Below, in pieces: positions 9,731 through 19,572 of a stretch of DNA of 64,000 nt (its first letter is position 1; each line of letters begins with the position of its first letter). The stretch is taken from positions 261,387 to 325,386 of the forward strand of contig CAWELH010000010.1 of the NCBI GenBank assembly GCA_963809925.1, given 5' to 3'. Made by a program: the position numbers and the translations under genes. The notes under the pieces were generated by a model, which made no database searches, was not told where the DNA came from, and was given only the letters and a program-made list of their open reading frames with translations. Source of the DNA: an uncultured Bacteroidales bacterium (GTDB lineage: Bacteria; Bacteroidota; Bacteroidia; Bacteroidales; GCA-2748055).

Positions 9731-9818
9731 CTCCCTAACTCCCTAACTTCCTAACTTTCTAACTTCCTAACTTCCTAACTTCCTAACTTCCTAACTCCCT
9801 AACTCCCTGACTTCCCTC
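9731..9818 (+). repeat. 8-bp-period tandem array CTYCCTAA (11 units)
   Basis: CTCCCTAA x2, CTTCCTAA, CTTTCTAA, CTTCCTAA x4, CTCCCTAA, CTCCCTGA, CTTCCCTC. The last unit overlaps the stop codon of the M13 peptidase gene by 2 nt. Confidence 0.9.
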
Positions 9819-11838
9819 ACCAAATCCTGGCTCGATCCTCTACAGGAATGAACATCTCAGATGAATCGGAAACACCAAATGCCTCATAAAAAGCCTCCAG
9901 GTTCGGCAACGGACCATTCACCCTATACCGTCCCAGTGAGTGAACATCCTCTTTCGTCCGCCGGAGGATTTCTTTATCGTTGATATTCTGTGCCCAGACA
10001 TGTGCGTATGCAAGGAAGAACCGCTGATTAGGTGTAAATCCGTTTATGATGTCTTGCGGTGGGTTTTCATCCCAGGCCTTCCTGACCGCGCTAAAGGAAA
10101 TATTCAACCCGCCAAGATCGGCGATGTTTTCCCCAAGGGTGAGCTTTCCATTGGCGGAAATTGTATCCAAAACGTTAAAGCAATCAAACTGATCGATCAA
10201 TACCTGTGTGCGTGCCATAAACTTGAATGCATCCTCACTCGTCCACCAGTCGCGGAGGTTACCATCCTTATCGTACTGCCTGCCTTGGTCATCGAAACCA
10301 TGCGACATTTCATGACCAATCACCACACCGATCGCGCCGTAATTTACAGCATCATCTGCCTCGAGGTAGAAGAAGGGAGGCTGAAGGATACCGGCCGGGA
10401 ACACGATTTCATTCCGGCTCGGGCTGTAATAGGCATTGACCGTTTGCGGAGTCATTCCCCATTCCGTTGGATCCACGGGCTTTCCGATCTTGCTGATCTG
10501 ATACAGGAAATTAAACCGCTCAGCTCTTTTCATATTATTGTAATAGGAGTCATCCTGTACATCAAGGCCGGAATAATCTCTCCATTTATCGGGATAGCCG
10601 ATCTTGACCTCCATGGCGTCAAGTTTTAGGCGGGCTTCATGTTTTGTGGCTTCACTCATCCAATCGAGATCGTTTATCCGTTCACCCAAAGAATATTTCA
10701 GGTTGGATACCAGGGTAAGCATCCTTTCTTTTGCTTCCGGAGGGAAATATTTTTCAACAAACATCTGGCCGATCGCTTCTCCGAGGGCAAAATCTTCAGT
10801 CTGGACGATCCGCTTCCACCTTGGCTGGATAACTTTTCTGCCCGAGAGGTAATTTCCGTAAAAATCGAAATTAGCATTGACGAAGTCGGAGCTGAGGTAA
10901 GGTGCAGCCTGGTTGATCAGGTACCATTTCATGTATACTTTCCATTCCGCAAGCGGAACATCAGTCATCATTTTATTTACTTCCTTGAAAAACAATGGTT
11001 GTCCGACATTTATTTCGGTAATTTCCGGAATTCCAAGTTCTGCAAGGTAGCCATCCCATTTAAAATCCGGGCTAAGGGTTCTGAGTTCGGCGATTGACAT
11101 TTTATTGTAGGTGGCATGGGGATTTCGTCTTTCCAGCCTGGTCATTGAGGCAGATGCAAGCCTTGTTTCCAGTTTAAGAATGAGAGTGGCATCGTCGGCC
11201 GCCTGTCCGGAGCTCTCCCCAGCGAGCTTAAACATTTTCCCCACATATTTCAGGTAGGCATCCCTGATTTCTTTTGCCTTGGTACCCTGATCTGTGTAAT
11301 AATCCACATCTGTGAGTCCGAGGCCGCCCTGGTAAAGGTTGGCAATCACCATTTCACTATTTTTCCTGTCGGGAGCACCAAAGAGGTGAAAAAGCACTGA
11401 ATTGTCACCGCTATGCCATATAGAGATGATTTTCTGAATATCCTCCATGGATGATGCTTCGTCGACTTGTGCAAGGTCCTCATTGAGAGGCATGATCCCC
11501 AGTTCTTCAATCCTGACAGAATCCATTCCAATGCTGAAAAAAGTACCAACTTTCTCAGTAATGCTTCCTTTCTCAGCGGACTTTGCAGCAGCTTCCTCGA
11601 CAAGCGACCTGACCATTTTCTGGTTGTCCTCGGCGAGCTTGTCGAAAGCTCCGTAACGGCTGAATTCGTCAGGTAGCGGGTTGTTCCTGAGCCATCCTCC
11701 GTTTGCATATTCATAAAAATTATTCCCCGGATCTACCCGGGTATTCATATTCGACCTGTCTAAAACCATATCTTTTGTTGAACAACTGTAAGTAAAGAGA
11801 ATACAGGAAATGGAAAAAATTAAGAATGCTTTCTTCAT
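9817..11838 (-). CDS. M13 family zinc metallopeptidase (PepO/endothelin-converting-enzyme-like), lipoprotein
   Basis: 673 aa. HEMSH zinc motif (VIGHEMSHGFD), NAYY and GENIADLGG motifs, C-terminal …RIW, and a signal/lipobox (…LFTYSCS). Confidence 0.92.
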   Translation of the reverse strand: MKKAFLIFSISCILFTYSCSTKDMVLDRSNMNTRVDPGNNFYEYANGGWLRNNPLPDEFSRYGAFDKLAEDNQKMVRSLVEEAAAKSAEKGSITEKVGTFFSIGMDSVRIEELGIMPLNEDLAQVDEASSMEDIQKIISIWHSGDNSVLFHLFGAPDRKNSEMVIANLYQGGLGLTDVDYYTDQGTKAKEIRDAYLKYVGKMFKLAGESSGQAADDATLILKLETRLASASMTRLERRNPHATYNKMSIAELRTLSPDFKWDGYLAELGIPEITEINVGQPLFFKEVNKMMTDVPLAEWKVYMKWYLINQAAPYLSSDFVNANFDFYGNYLSGRKVIQPRWKRIVQTEDFALGEAIGQMFVEKYFPPEAKERMLTLVSNLKYSLGERINDLDWMSEATKHEARLKLDAMEVKIGYPDKWRDYSGLDVQDDSYYNNMKRAERFNFLYQISKIGKPVDPTEWGMTPQTVNAYYSPSRNEIVFPAGILQPPFFYLEADDAVNYGAIGVVIGHEMSHGFDDQGRQYDKDGNLRDWWTSEDAFKFMARTQVLIDQFDCFNVLDTISANGKLTLGENIADLGGLNISFSAVRKAWDENPPQDIINGFTPNQRFFLAYAHVWAQNINDKEILRRTKEDVHSLGRYRVNGPLPNLEAFYEAFGVSDSSEMFIPVEDRARIW

Positions 11839-11844
11839 TTTAGG

Positions 11845-13059
11845 TTATTTGTTGAACTGCTCTAAAGTCTTAACAATGATGCCAATCGCTTCCCTGAGCT
11901 GAGCTTCATTGATTACAAGGGGAGGAGCGAAGCGAATGATATGATCGTGTGTCGGTTTTGCCAGGAGACCGTTTTCCATCAGGGCGAGGCAGACATCCCA
12001 GGCTGTCTTTCCACCTTTCGGCCGGATAACAACGGCATTGAGCAGACCTTTTCCTCTGACGGTTTCGATCATGTCCGACGTAACTTTTTTCAGTTCATCA
12101 CGGAATATTTTTCCAAGTTTTTCGGCGTTTTCAGCAAGTTTCTCATCCTTAATTACCGAAAGAGCTTCAATGGCAACTTTGGCAGCCACAGGGTTACCGC
12201 CAAATGTTGAACCATGCTCACCAGGCTTGATGGTTAGCATAATGTCATCATCCGCCAAAACGGCTGAAACCGGGTATACCCCGCCTGAGATGGCTTTCCC
12301 GAGGATCAGGATATCGGGTCGGACATTTTCATGATTACATGCCAGCAACTTCCCTGTTCTGGCAATGCCAGTCTGTACTTCATCAGCGATAAAAAGTACA
12401 TTTTTGGACTTGCAAAGATCATAGGCTTTCTTCAGATAACCATCTTCCGGAACGTAAACTCCAGCTTCACCCTGAATCGGCTCAACAAGGAAACCGGCAA
12501 CATCCGGATCTTCAAGCGCCATTTCAAGTGCCGGGATATCATTGTAGGGAATCTTTATGAAACCGGGAGTGAATGGACCATAATCACGGTAAGCGTCAGG
12601 ATCGGTCGACATCGATACAATGGTCACCGTTCTGCCGTGAAAATTACCCTCACATACCACAATCTTTGCCTGGTTTTCCCTGATGCCCTTCTTTACGTAT
12701 GCCCATTTACGACACAACTTAATGGCCGTCTCATCCCCTTCAGCGCCCGAATTCATCGGCAGGACTTTATCGTATCCAAAGTATTTCGTTACAAACTCTT
12801 CGTATTCACCAAGCACGGAATTGTAAAACGCCCTCGAAGTGAGCGACAGTTTTTTCGCCTGATTCACCATGGCATTAACGATCCTTGGGTGGCTATGTCC
12901 CTGGTTCACAGCTGAGTATGCTGATAGAAAATCAAAATATCTTTTTCCTTCCACATCCCAGACAAAGATTCCTTCACCTTTCTCAAGTACAACGGGAAGA
13001 GGATGATAATTATGGGCACCATATTTATCCTCACGTACAATATAATCCTGCGTATTCAT
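11845..13059 (-). CDS. rocD: ornithine aminotransferase (ornithine--oxo-acid transaminase)
   Basis: 404 aa. The N-terminus ([18 protein letters not shown]…[26 protein letters not shown]) is typical of OAT/RocD class-III aminotransferases. Confidence 0.88.
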   Translation of the reverse strand: MNTQDYIVREDKYGAHNYHPLPVVLEKGEGIFVWDVEGKRYFDFLSAYSAVNQGHSHPRIVNAMVNQAKKLSLTSRAFYNSVLGEYEEFVTKYFGYDKVLPMNSGAEGDETAIKLCRKWAYVKKGIRENQAKIVVCEGNFHGRTVTIVSMSTDPDAYRDYGPFTPGFIKIPYNDIPALEMALEDPDVAGFLVEPIQGEAGVYVPEDGYLKKAYDLCKSKNVLFIADEVQTGIARTGKLLACNHENVRPDILILGKAISGGVYPVSAVLADDDIMLTIKPGEHGSTFGGNPVAAKVAIEALSVIKDEKLAENAEKLGKIFRDELKKVTSDMIETVRGKGLLNAVVIRPKGGKTAWDVCLALMENGLLAKPTHDHIIRFAPPLVINEAQLREAIGIIVKTLEQFNK

Positions 13060-13288
13060 TCTGATTGAATATTTAAAGTTAATTGATTTGAAAACCTCAA
13101 AAATAGTGGAAACATTCCAGAAATAATAAGATTAAACCAAAAAATCAGGGAGTTGGAGGCAAGATAGCCGGTGGATATGAAGCCCCGAAATACGTTAGTG
13201 TTTATTACTCAGGAATTTTGCCTTTCATCACAAAGGCTCAATTGCTGCTGGTTTTGCATTAGGTTGATGCGGTAGTGAAGGTGACGGC

Positions 13289-15754
13289 TTAGAATTTAGC
13301 CATTAACTTGATATTAAAAAGCCTTTGGGTCAGGTAATTAGGTACACCGAATACCCCGGTTTCATTGTTCTGGTTTGACACAGACTGTACCCATAGGTAG
13401 GACACCGTATTATTGATGCCGAAGAGGTTGAAGATCTCTGCACTGATCCACATGTCTCTGAAATATCTGAGCGGATTTCCCGGATTGAGTTCTGTATCTT
13501 CTTTTTTAAGGACTTTGGAAAAACCAATATCTACGCGTCGGTAAGCTGGCAGCCTGAAAACCTGATCGTACCTGTTTTTATCCGGCGAGCTATATGGAAG
13601 CTTCGATCCGTAGAGAAAATTCAGATGCACCTTGAAATCAGGATTGTTCGGGAAATAATCCTGGAAAAACAATCCAAAATTCATCAGCTGGTCGGTGGGC
13701 CTGGGGTAATAACCAGGATAGATCACCGACTGTATGCCTTCTTCATCTTCCTTTACATAGGAATCATTGGAAATATCTTCACGGGTGCGCAGAAACGATA
13801 GGCTTACCCATGATTCAGCACCTTTAACAAATTCTCCGTTCAACTTGAAGTCGATACCTGTTGCATAGCCTTTCGCCAGATTTTCACCTGCATATCGTAT
13901 CCTCACATTATCGACCTTGTAGGGAACCAAATCGTTGAGATACTTGTAAAACAGCTCACTGGTGAATTTAAACGGCCGTTCCCATCCGGAAAAAATGTAA
14001 TCACCACCCAATACAAAATGAATGGATTGCTGTGCCATCAGATCCTTATTTATTGCGCCCGATGGCATTCTCATTTCTTTATAAAACGGTGGCTGATAAT
14101 AAATTCCGGAGGAGAAATGGAACATAATGTCACGGTCCCACTCTGGTTTAAGACTGAAGGATGCCCGTGGACTGAACAGAAATTGATGGTTAAGAAGGAG
14201 GTAGGTCGCTCTTGCACCGGCAGTAATATAGTATTCATTAGTAGTTCCTCTGAAGCCCCATGTATCTTGCAAAAAACCTGAAAATTTTGAGTTGTTCAGG
14301 TGGTTTTCCGCCTTGATCAGGTCGTAGAGTGTCACATTTGTTTCGTTGTATGGAAGGGAAAAGCCAGCAGAATCGATATACTGCCATTCGCTCAGTTGAT
14401 CAAATATCCTGTCATATTCGAATTTAGTGCCCCATTTTATCTTGTTTCTCAGCCCGTTATATTCCCCTATATGTGACAGTGAGAAAACGTACGCATTCAG
14501 GTAATTTCTTGCATGGTTCAGAAATGATCCGATACCGATATTCAGAATACTGTCTCCATAGGTATCGGACCCTACGGTATTGTCAAGTTCGTTGATGAGA
14601 TACTGCCCCAGGATATCGAAGCGTTCGTATTCGATGGTTGAGAAAGCGCTTCCGATAAATTTGAGTTTCATGTCCCGTACTGGTTTCCAGGTTACGGATG
14701 CAGCACCGAAATAGGTATCAAAACGGTCTGTTTCATTCCCATCGAAGTAAATTACCAGATTGTAAGGTTGCTTTGATGTGCCGAATTCGGTCGTCCTTGT
14801 TTCTGGAATAAAGCGGTACTGATTAACCGCAACATTTCCAAGGATACTAAGATCCAGCTTGTCGGTAAAACGGTAAGTAACGAGACCCTGAAAATCGGAA
14901 AAACGAGGTTTATATTCACCTTTCGTTTCGAGGCTTTTTAAAAGGTAGGCTGTAGTTTTATATCTGAAGCCTCCCAGAAAGGTAAGTTTCCGGTTTTTTG
15001 AGATTCCTTCAAGATGAGCGGAACCACCAAGGAGACTCATTGAAACCGATCCACCGGTTTTCTCCGGAGTACGGTATGTAATATCGAGCACCGATGACAT
15101 TTTATCGCCGAAACGGGCATCAAAGCCACCTGCAGAGAATCGCAGGGATGAAATGAGATCGGAGTTTATAAAGCTCAATCCTTCCTGCTGGCCCGACCTT
15201 ACAAGGAAAGGCCTGTAAATCTCAATATCATTAACGTAGACAAGGTTTTCGTCATAATTTCCACCGCGAACTGAATACTGGGAACTTAGCTCATTGTTTG
15301 AGGATACCCCCGGCAGTGTTTTTATCAGCGACTCAATGGAACCGGTGGCTGTCGGCATCATATCTATTGATTTTATATCGATGGTTCTGAGTGTAGTGGC
15401 CCTTTCCTGTCGGGCACTCACCGATACCTCATCAAATTCGCGTACCTCCGTCTCAAGGACGATGTCAATTTCTTTTTTCTCATCCGTGCGGAGAGTGATA
15501 TCCATCGATTTAGTACTGAATCCAATGCATGAAATCACGAGTGTGATGGATTCATTGGCGGGAGCGGGGATATTGTACTTGCCGTTCCGGTCTGTCATCG
15601 TCCCCGATCTGGTTCCCTTTATGGCAACGTTGGCCAGGAATACAGGATTCCCCTCATTGTCACTGATCGTGCCGGTTACCAATGATTGGGCACTACCGTT
15701 TAGAACAAGGAGGGAAAGGAATAACAGTAAGAATATGTTCCTGTATTCTTTCAT
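13289..15754 (-). CDS. TonB-dependent receptor with N-terminal CarboxypepD_reg domain
   Basis: 821 aa: signal peptide, carboxypeptidase-regulatory-like fold region, plug-like segment (…LPGVSSNNELSSQYSVRGGN…), long beta-barrel, and a C-terminal aromatic residue (…MAKF). Confidence 0.88.
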   Translation of the reverse strand: MKEYRNIFLLLFLSLLVLNGSAQSLVTGTISDNEGNPVFLANVAIKGTRSGTMTDRNGKYNIPAPANESITLVISCIGFSTKSMDITLRTDEKKEIDIVLETEVREFDEVSVSARQERATTLRTIDIKSIDMMPTATGSIESLIKTLPGVSSNNELSSQYSVRGGNYDENLVYVNDIEIYRPFLVRSGQQEGLSFINSDLISSLRFSAGGFDARFGDKMSSVLDITYRTPEKTGGSVSMSLLGGSAHLEGISKNRKLTFLGGFRYKTTAYLLKSLETKGEYKPRFSDFQGLVTYRFTDKLDLSILGNVAVNQYRFIPETRTTEFGTSKQPYNLVIYFDGNETDRFDTYFGAASVTWKPVRDMKLKFIGSAFSTIEYERFDILGQYLINELDNTVGSDTYGDSILNIGIGSFLNHARNYLNAYVFSLSHIGEYNGLRNKIKWGTKFEYDRIFDQLSEWQYIDSAGFSLPYNETNVTLYDLIKAENHLNNSKFSGFLQDTWGFRGTTNEYYITAGARATYLLLNHQFLFSPRASFSLKPEWDRDIMFHFSSGIYYQPPFYKEMRMPSGAINKDLMAQQSIHFVLGGDYIFSGWERPFKFTSELFYKYLNDLVPYKVDNVRIRYAGENLAKGYATGIDFKLNGEFVKGAESWVSLSFLRTREDISNDSYVKEDEEGIQSVIYPGYYPRPTDQLMNFGLFFQDYFPNNPDFKVHLNFLYGSKLPYSSPDKNRYDQVFRLPAYRRVDIGFSKVLKKEDTELNPGNPLRYFRDMWISAEIFNLFGINNTVSYLWVQSVSNQNNETGVFGVPNYLTQRLFNIKLMAKF

Positions 15755-15814
15755 AGACAGCCGTTGAGTTAAACTATATATTCCGGGAAAAATTGTATAC
15801 CGCCGGATAAGAAA

Positions 15815-16450
15815 TTATTTCTTGTCCTTATTCTTAAAATCTCCGTTTTTAAGTGCCTGGAAAAATTTAGCCCAGTTAAACGGGTTCAGGATCGGAATGG
15901 TGGGATACTGTCCATTATAATAAAGCCTTTCATATTGCTGATTCATGGCATTCTTGAATGAGAGATCTGCATCGGGCTCAAAATCCATGTTTAGCTGAGC
16001 TTTTATCAGTTCAATGTTTTTGATGGCATTTTTTGTATCCTGATCCTGAAGGTCAAGGTTCAGGAATGCGACCTTGAAGTCCTCATAAGTCTTCCATGGA
16101 AATATTTTAACTTCGGCAAGATGGATTGTATCGTTAAGTAAATACACGTCGCGTGGATAATGCCCGGAATTGATAGTGTCAGGGATAACTACAAGTGTGT
16201 TTTTATATCCCACAGATCTGAACAGGATACTGTCGTCCGGTGTGACAATAAAGGAAAAGATACCCTGAGAATTACTTGTTGTGCCGGCCCGCCTGTTAAT
16301 ATCGATAATGTGTACATCGGGAAGGGCTTCATATTTAAGGTTTCGGATAACACCTGAAAACTGTATCAACGTATCCGACTTGCTCTGACCAAATGCACCT
16401 GTCACAGACAAGATAAATCCTGCAGTTATGAAGAATGACTTAAGGCTCAT
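15815..16450 (-). CDS. CarboxypepD_reg-like domain protein (function unknown)
   Basis: 211 aa with a signal peptide and a segment (FSGVIRN…ALPDVHIIDINRRAGTTSNSQGIFSF…) resembling the carboxypeptidase regulatory-like fold. Immediately upstream of the receptor on the same strand. Confidence 0.6.
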   Translation of the reverse strand: MSLKSFFITAGFILSVTGAFGQSKSDTLIQFSGVIRNLKYEALPDVHIIDINRRAGTTSNSQGIFSFIVTPDDSILFRSVGYKNTLVVIPDTINSGHYPRDVYLLNDTIHLAEVKIFPWKTYEDFKVAFLNLDLQDQDTKNAIKNIELIKAQLNMDFEPDADLSFKNAMNQQYERLYYNGQYPTIPILNPFNWAKFFQALKNGDFKNKDKK

Positions 16451-16742
16451 AGGGTCCGGTTGAATGTTTGAGGTCTAAAAATAGATAAAAAAAAAATAAC
16501 TTGAGTCTTATATCCTCTTTACAACCTTCAATTTATTATTATTTAACGATTCAGGCTGTATATTTGTTATCGGTCTAAAAATTCGCACCGTCAGGGATTT
16601 TCCTGATTAGGCTCAACATCTGAAGGGATTCTGATGTTATCTCTTACATGGTTTTGATCAGGGCCAGGGAAAGCGTTAGGAAAGACAAATCAGGCCATTG
16701 CGGAGCCCGTACAAGGTGCATTACCAATAATCATCAAGTATT

Positions 16743-17153
16743 ATGACAGAGCAAAAACAGATTACCCTTTCTCCTCATAGACGGGGCTTTCACCTTATAA
16801 CAGAAGAAATCGAACGGGCATTATCCAACCTCCCTGAAAGCGGTCTTGTTCATATATTGCTGCAACATACTTCGGCCGGGCTGACTCTTAATGAAAATGC
16901 CGACCCATCGGTACGACACGATTTCGAGCGTTTCTTGAACAAGATGGTGCCTGAGAACGATGCCGTGTATTCTCACACGCAGGAAGGTCCGGATGATATG
17001 CCGGCTCATATTAAATCGTCACTATTTGGGCAGAGTATTACCATTCCGGTGACCAATCACCGTCTGAACCTTGGAACATGGCAGGGAATTTATTTATGTG
17101 AATTTCGGAACTACGGCGGAGGCCGCCATCTGGTCATAACCGTTTACTCATGA
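16743..17153 (+). CDS. YjbQ/UPF0047 family protein (secondary thiamine-phosphate synthase enzyme)
   Basis: 136 aa with a YjbQ-type sequence (…[19 protein letters not shown]…, …[10 protein letters not shown]…). Confidence 0.85.
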   Translation: MTEQKQITLSPHRRGFHLITEEIERALSNLPESGLVHILLQHTSAGLTLNENADPSVRHDFERFLNKMVPENDAVYSHTQEGPDDMPAHIKSSLFGQSITIPVTNHRLNLGTWQGIYLCEFRNYGGGRHLVITVYS

Positions 17154-17203
17154 GATACAGGCTCAAACTACTATATAACATCTGCGAACTACACATTATT
17201 TTC

Positions 17204-17211
17204 TATTTTTG
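17204..17211 (+). promoter_or_regulatory. candidate -7 promoter box (TAnnTTTG)
   Basis: TATTTTTG lies 25 nt upstream of the iorA ATG at 17237. Confidence 0.35.
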
Positions 17212-17236
17212 AGGTTTAAAAATTACAGTGAGAGCC

Positions 17237-18847
17237 ATGGAGAAATTAGTATTACTTGGCGATGAAGCCATTGCACAGGGTGCTATCGACGCCGGTTTAA
17301 GTGGAATATACGCATATCCGGGAACACCTTCAACGGAAATCACAGAATACGTCCAAATGTCGGAGGATGCCCGGAACAAGATTCACTGTGAATGGTCGGC
17401 AAATGAAAAAACTGCCATGGAATCGGCATTAGGTATGGCTTATGCCGGAAAGAGAGCAATGGTATGTATGAAACATGTGGGTTTGAATGTTGCTGCCGAT
17501 CCTTTCATAAATGCGGCCATCACAGGGATCAATGGCGGACTGATTGTTACGGTGGCTGATGACCCTTCCATGCATTCTTCACAGAATGAGCAGGATTCCC
17601 GGTTTTACGGTAAATTTGCCCTCATTCCCGTATTTGAGCCATCCAGCCAGCAGGAAGCATACGAAATGGTCTTTTATGCCTTTGAACTTTCTGAAAATTT
17701 CAAGGTACCGGTGATGCTGAGGATCACCACTCGGCTTGCTCATTCCCGTGCGGCTGTGGAAACCATGAAGAAGCGGTCACAAAATGCGTTACGTCTGCCT
17801 GACGACTTAAAACAGTTCATCCTTCTGCCTGCTATGGCACGTGTAAGGTATAACAGTCTTCTCAATGAACAGGCCACCTTTACTGAATCATCAGAAGACT
17901 CGGGATATAACATTTTTACACCAGGCAATGATCGATCACTCGGTATCATGGCTTGCGGACTGGGTTACAACTACTACATGGAAAATGCCCGCCGGTATCG
18001 GCTGTCGTATCCCGTCCTTAAAATATCTCAATATCCACTGCCCCCGAAACTCGTAAGGAAACTTGCTGATTCGGCCGATAAACTGCTCATTATTGAAGAA
18101 GGGTATCCCTTTGTCGAAGAAATGCTCAGGGGATTCTTTAATGCACCATACAAGATAATCGGTAGGCTCGACGGACATCTTCCAAGGGTTGGGGAACTGA
18201 ATCCCAACCTCGTTGCCAGCGCGCTTGGTTTTAAGGAAGATTATGGCAATGATATCCCCGGGATCGTGGCCAAAAGGCCGCCGGCTCTCTGTCTCGGATG
18301 CAGCCATGCCGATGTATACCTTGCGATGAACGAAGCCCTGGAAAATTACGGGAAAGGCCGAGTGTTTTCCGATATAGGTTGTTATACACTCGGAGCGCTG
18401 CCCCCTTACAATTCCATCAACTCCTGTGTCGACATGGGAGCCTCGTTAACAATGGCCAAAGGGGCGAGTGATGCCGGGCTCATTCCTTCTGTGGCTGTTA
18501 TTGGAGATTCCACCTTTACTCATTCGGGAATTACCGGACTTCTCGATGCCGTGATCGAAAATTCTCCCATCACAGTCATCATTTCAGATAATTCCACTAC
18601 CGGGATGACCGGCGGGCAGAAATCGGCTGCAACAGGCCGGCTTGAACAAATCTGTAAAGGCATCGGTGTTGACCCGGATCATGTTATCACACTGGTGCCG
18701 CTAAAAAAGAATCATGATGAAAATGTAAGGATCATCATCAGGGAACTTCAGTATAGCGGAGTGTCAGTGATCATCGCTGCCAGGGAATGTATCCAGACGG
18801 CGTCCCGGAGAAGAAAAATGGCCAGGACAGATCCGCAGGAACACTGA
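17237..18847 (+). CDS. iorA: indolepyruvate ferredoxin oxidoreductase, alpha subunit
   Basis: ORF track starts at a GTG at 17228; an ATG lies at 17237. TPP-dependent 2-oxoacid:ferredoxin oxidoreductase sequence of IorA length, followed by iorB. Confidence 0.85.
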   Translation: MEKLVLLGDEAIAQGAIDAGLSGIYAYPGTPSTEITEYVQMSEDARNKIHCEWSANEKTAMESALGMAYAGKRAMVCMKHVGLNVAADPFINAAITGINGGLIVTVADDPSMHSSQNEQDSRFYGKFALIPVFEPSSQQEAYEMVFYAFELSENFKVPVMLRITTRLAHSRAAVETMKKRSQNALRLPDDLKQFILLPAMARVRYNSLLNEQATFTESSEDSGYNIFTPGNDRSLGIMACGLGYNYYMENARRYRLSYPVLKISQYPLPPKLVRKLADSADKLLIIEEGYPFVEEMLRGFFNAPYKIIGRLDGHLPRVGELNPNLVASALGFKEDYGNDIPGIVAKRPPALCLGCSHADVYLAMNEALENYGKGRVFSDIGCYTLGALPPYNSINSCVDMGASLTMAKGASDAGLIPSVAVIGDSTFTHSGITGLLDAVIENSPITVIISDNSTTGMTGGQKSAATGRLEQICKGIGVDPDHVITLVPLKKNHDENVRIIIRELQYSGVSVIIAARECIQTASRRRKMARTDPQEH

Positions 18848-18927
18848 TATTCATCATTGCGGATTTCAACAGGTTAAAAAGAAATAATGTAGGTAATTTT
18901 GTATCGAAATAATAAAACATTGTTACA

Positions 18928-19524
18928 GTGAAATCTGATATTATACTTTCTGGTGTTGGCGGGCAGGGTATTCTGACCATTGCAGCTACCATAGGAATGG
19001 CAGCGGTCCGCAGTGGGTACAATCTGAAACAGGCGGAAGTACATGGCATGAGCCAGCGCGGGGGAGCCGTACAGTCGCATCTCCGGCTATCTGATCAGGT
19101 TATCGATTCTGATCTCATACCCCTTGGAACTGCCGGTCTGATTATTTCAGTGGAGCCGATGGAATCACTTCGGTACCTTCCATATCTTTCTCCAAACGGC
19201 TGGTTGATAACGAATGCGGTCCCGTTTATTAATATTGACAATTACCCCCATATCGATGCCGTTCTCACTGAGGTAAAGAAAATCAGCCGGCATGTGATCA
19301 TTGATGCTGATGATATGGCCCGTGATCTCGGTTCCGTGAGGGCGCTAAACATGGTTATCCTTGGTGCGGCCAGCGAATATATCGGTTTACCGGAGGAGGT
19401 TTTGGAAGACGGCATCAGGACGGTGTTTGCAAGGAAGGGTGAAGAAGTGGTTCATCTTAATATCCTTGCTTTTAAGGCAGGAAAGGCGGAAGCAGAAAGA
19501 TACCTCAATGTTGACAATGCCTAG
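18928..19524 (+). CDS. iorB: indolepyruvate oxidoreductase, beta subunit
   Basis: 198 aa with a GTG start and the N-terminal …ILSGVGGQGILT… motif typical of the gamma-type/IorB subunit. Confidence 0.82.
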   Translation: MKSDIILSGVGGQGILTIAATIGMAAVRSGYNLKQAEVHGMSQRGGAVQSHLRLSDQVIDSDLIPLGTAGLIISVEPMESLRYLPYLSPNGWLITNAVPFINIDNYPHIDAVLTEVKKISRHVIIDADDMARDLGSVRALNMVILGAASEYIGLPEEVLEDGIRTVFARKGEEVVHLNILAFKAGKAEAERYLNVDNA

Positions 19525-19572
19525 AACAAATCATGAAAAGCTTGTGTTATTTCAAAAACAATTACAATAGTC

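Noticed and set aside
9731-9818. Whether the tandem arrays here and at 43701-43854 and 49365-49580 are CRISPR arrays.
   Set aside because: The units are 8 bp and directly abutting, with no spacers. CRISPR repeats are about 24-48 bp and separated by unique spacers. No cas genes are in the window.
16451-16742. Possible TPP riboswitch upstream of the YjbQ (thiamine-related) gene.
   Set aside because: I could not find the conserved THI-box elements (CUGAGA and the ACCUGAUCUGGAUAAUGCCAGCG-like segment) on either strand.
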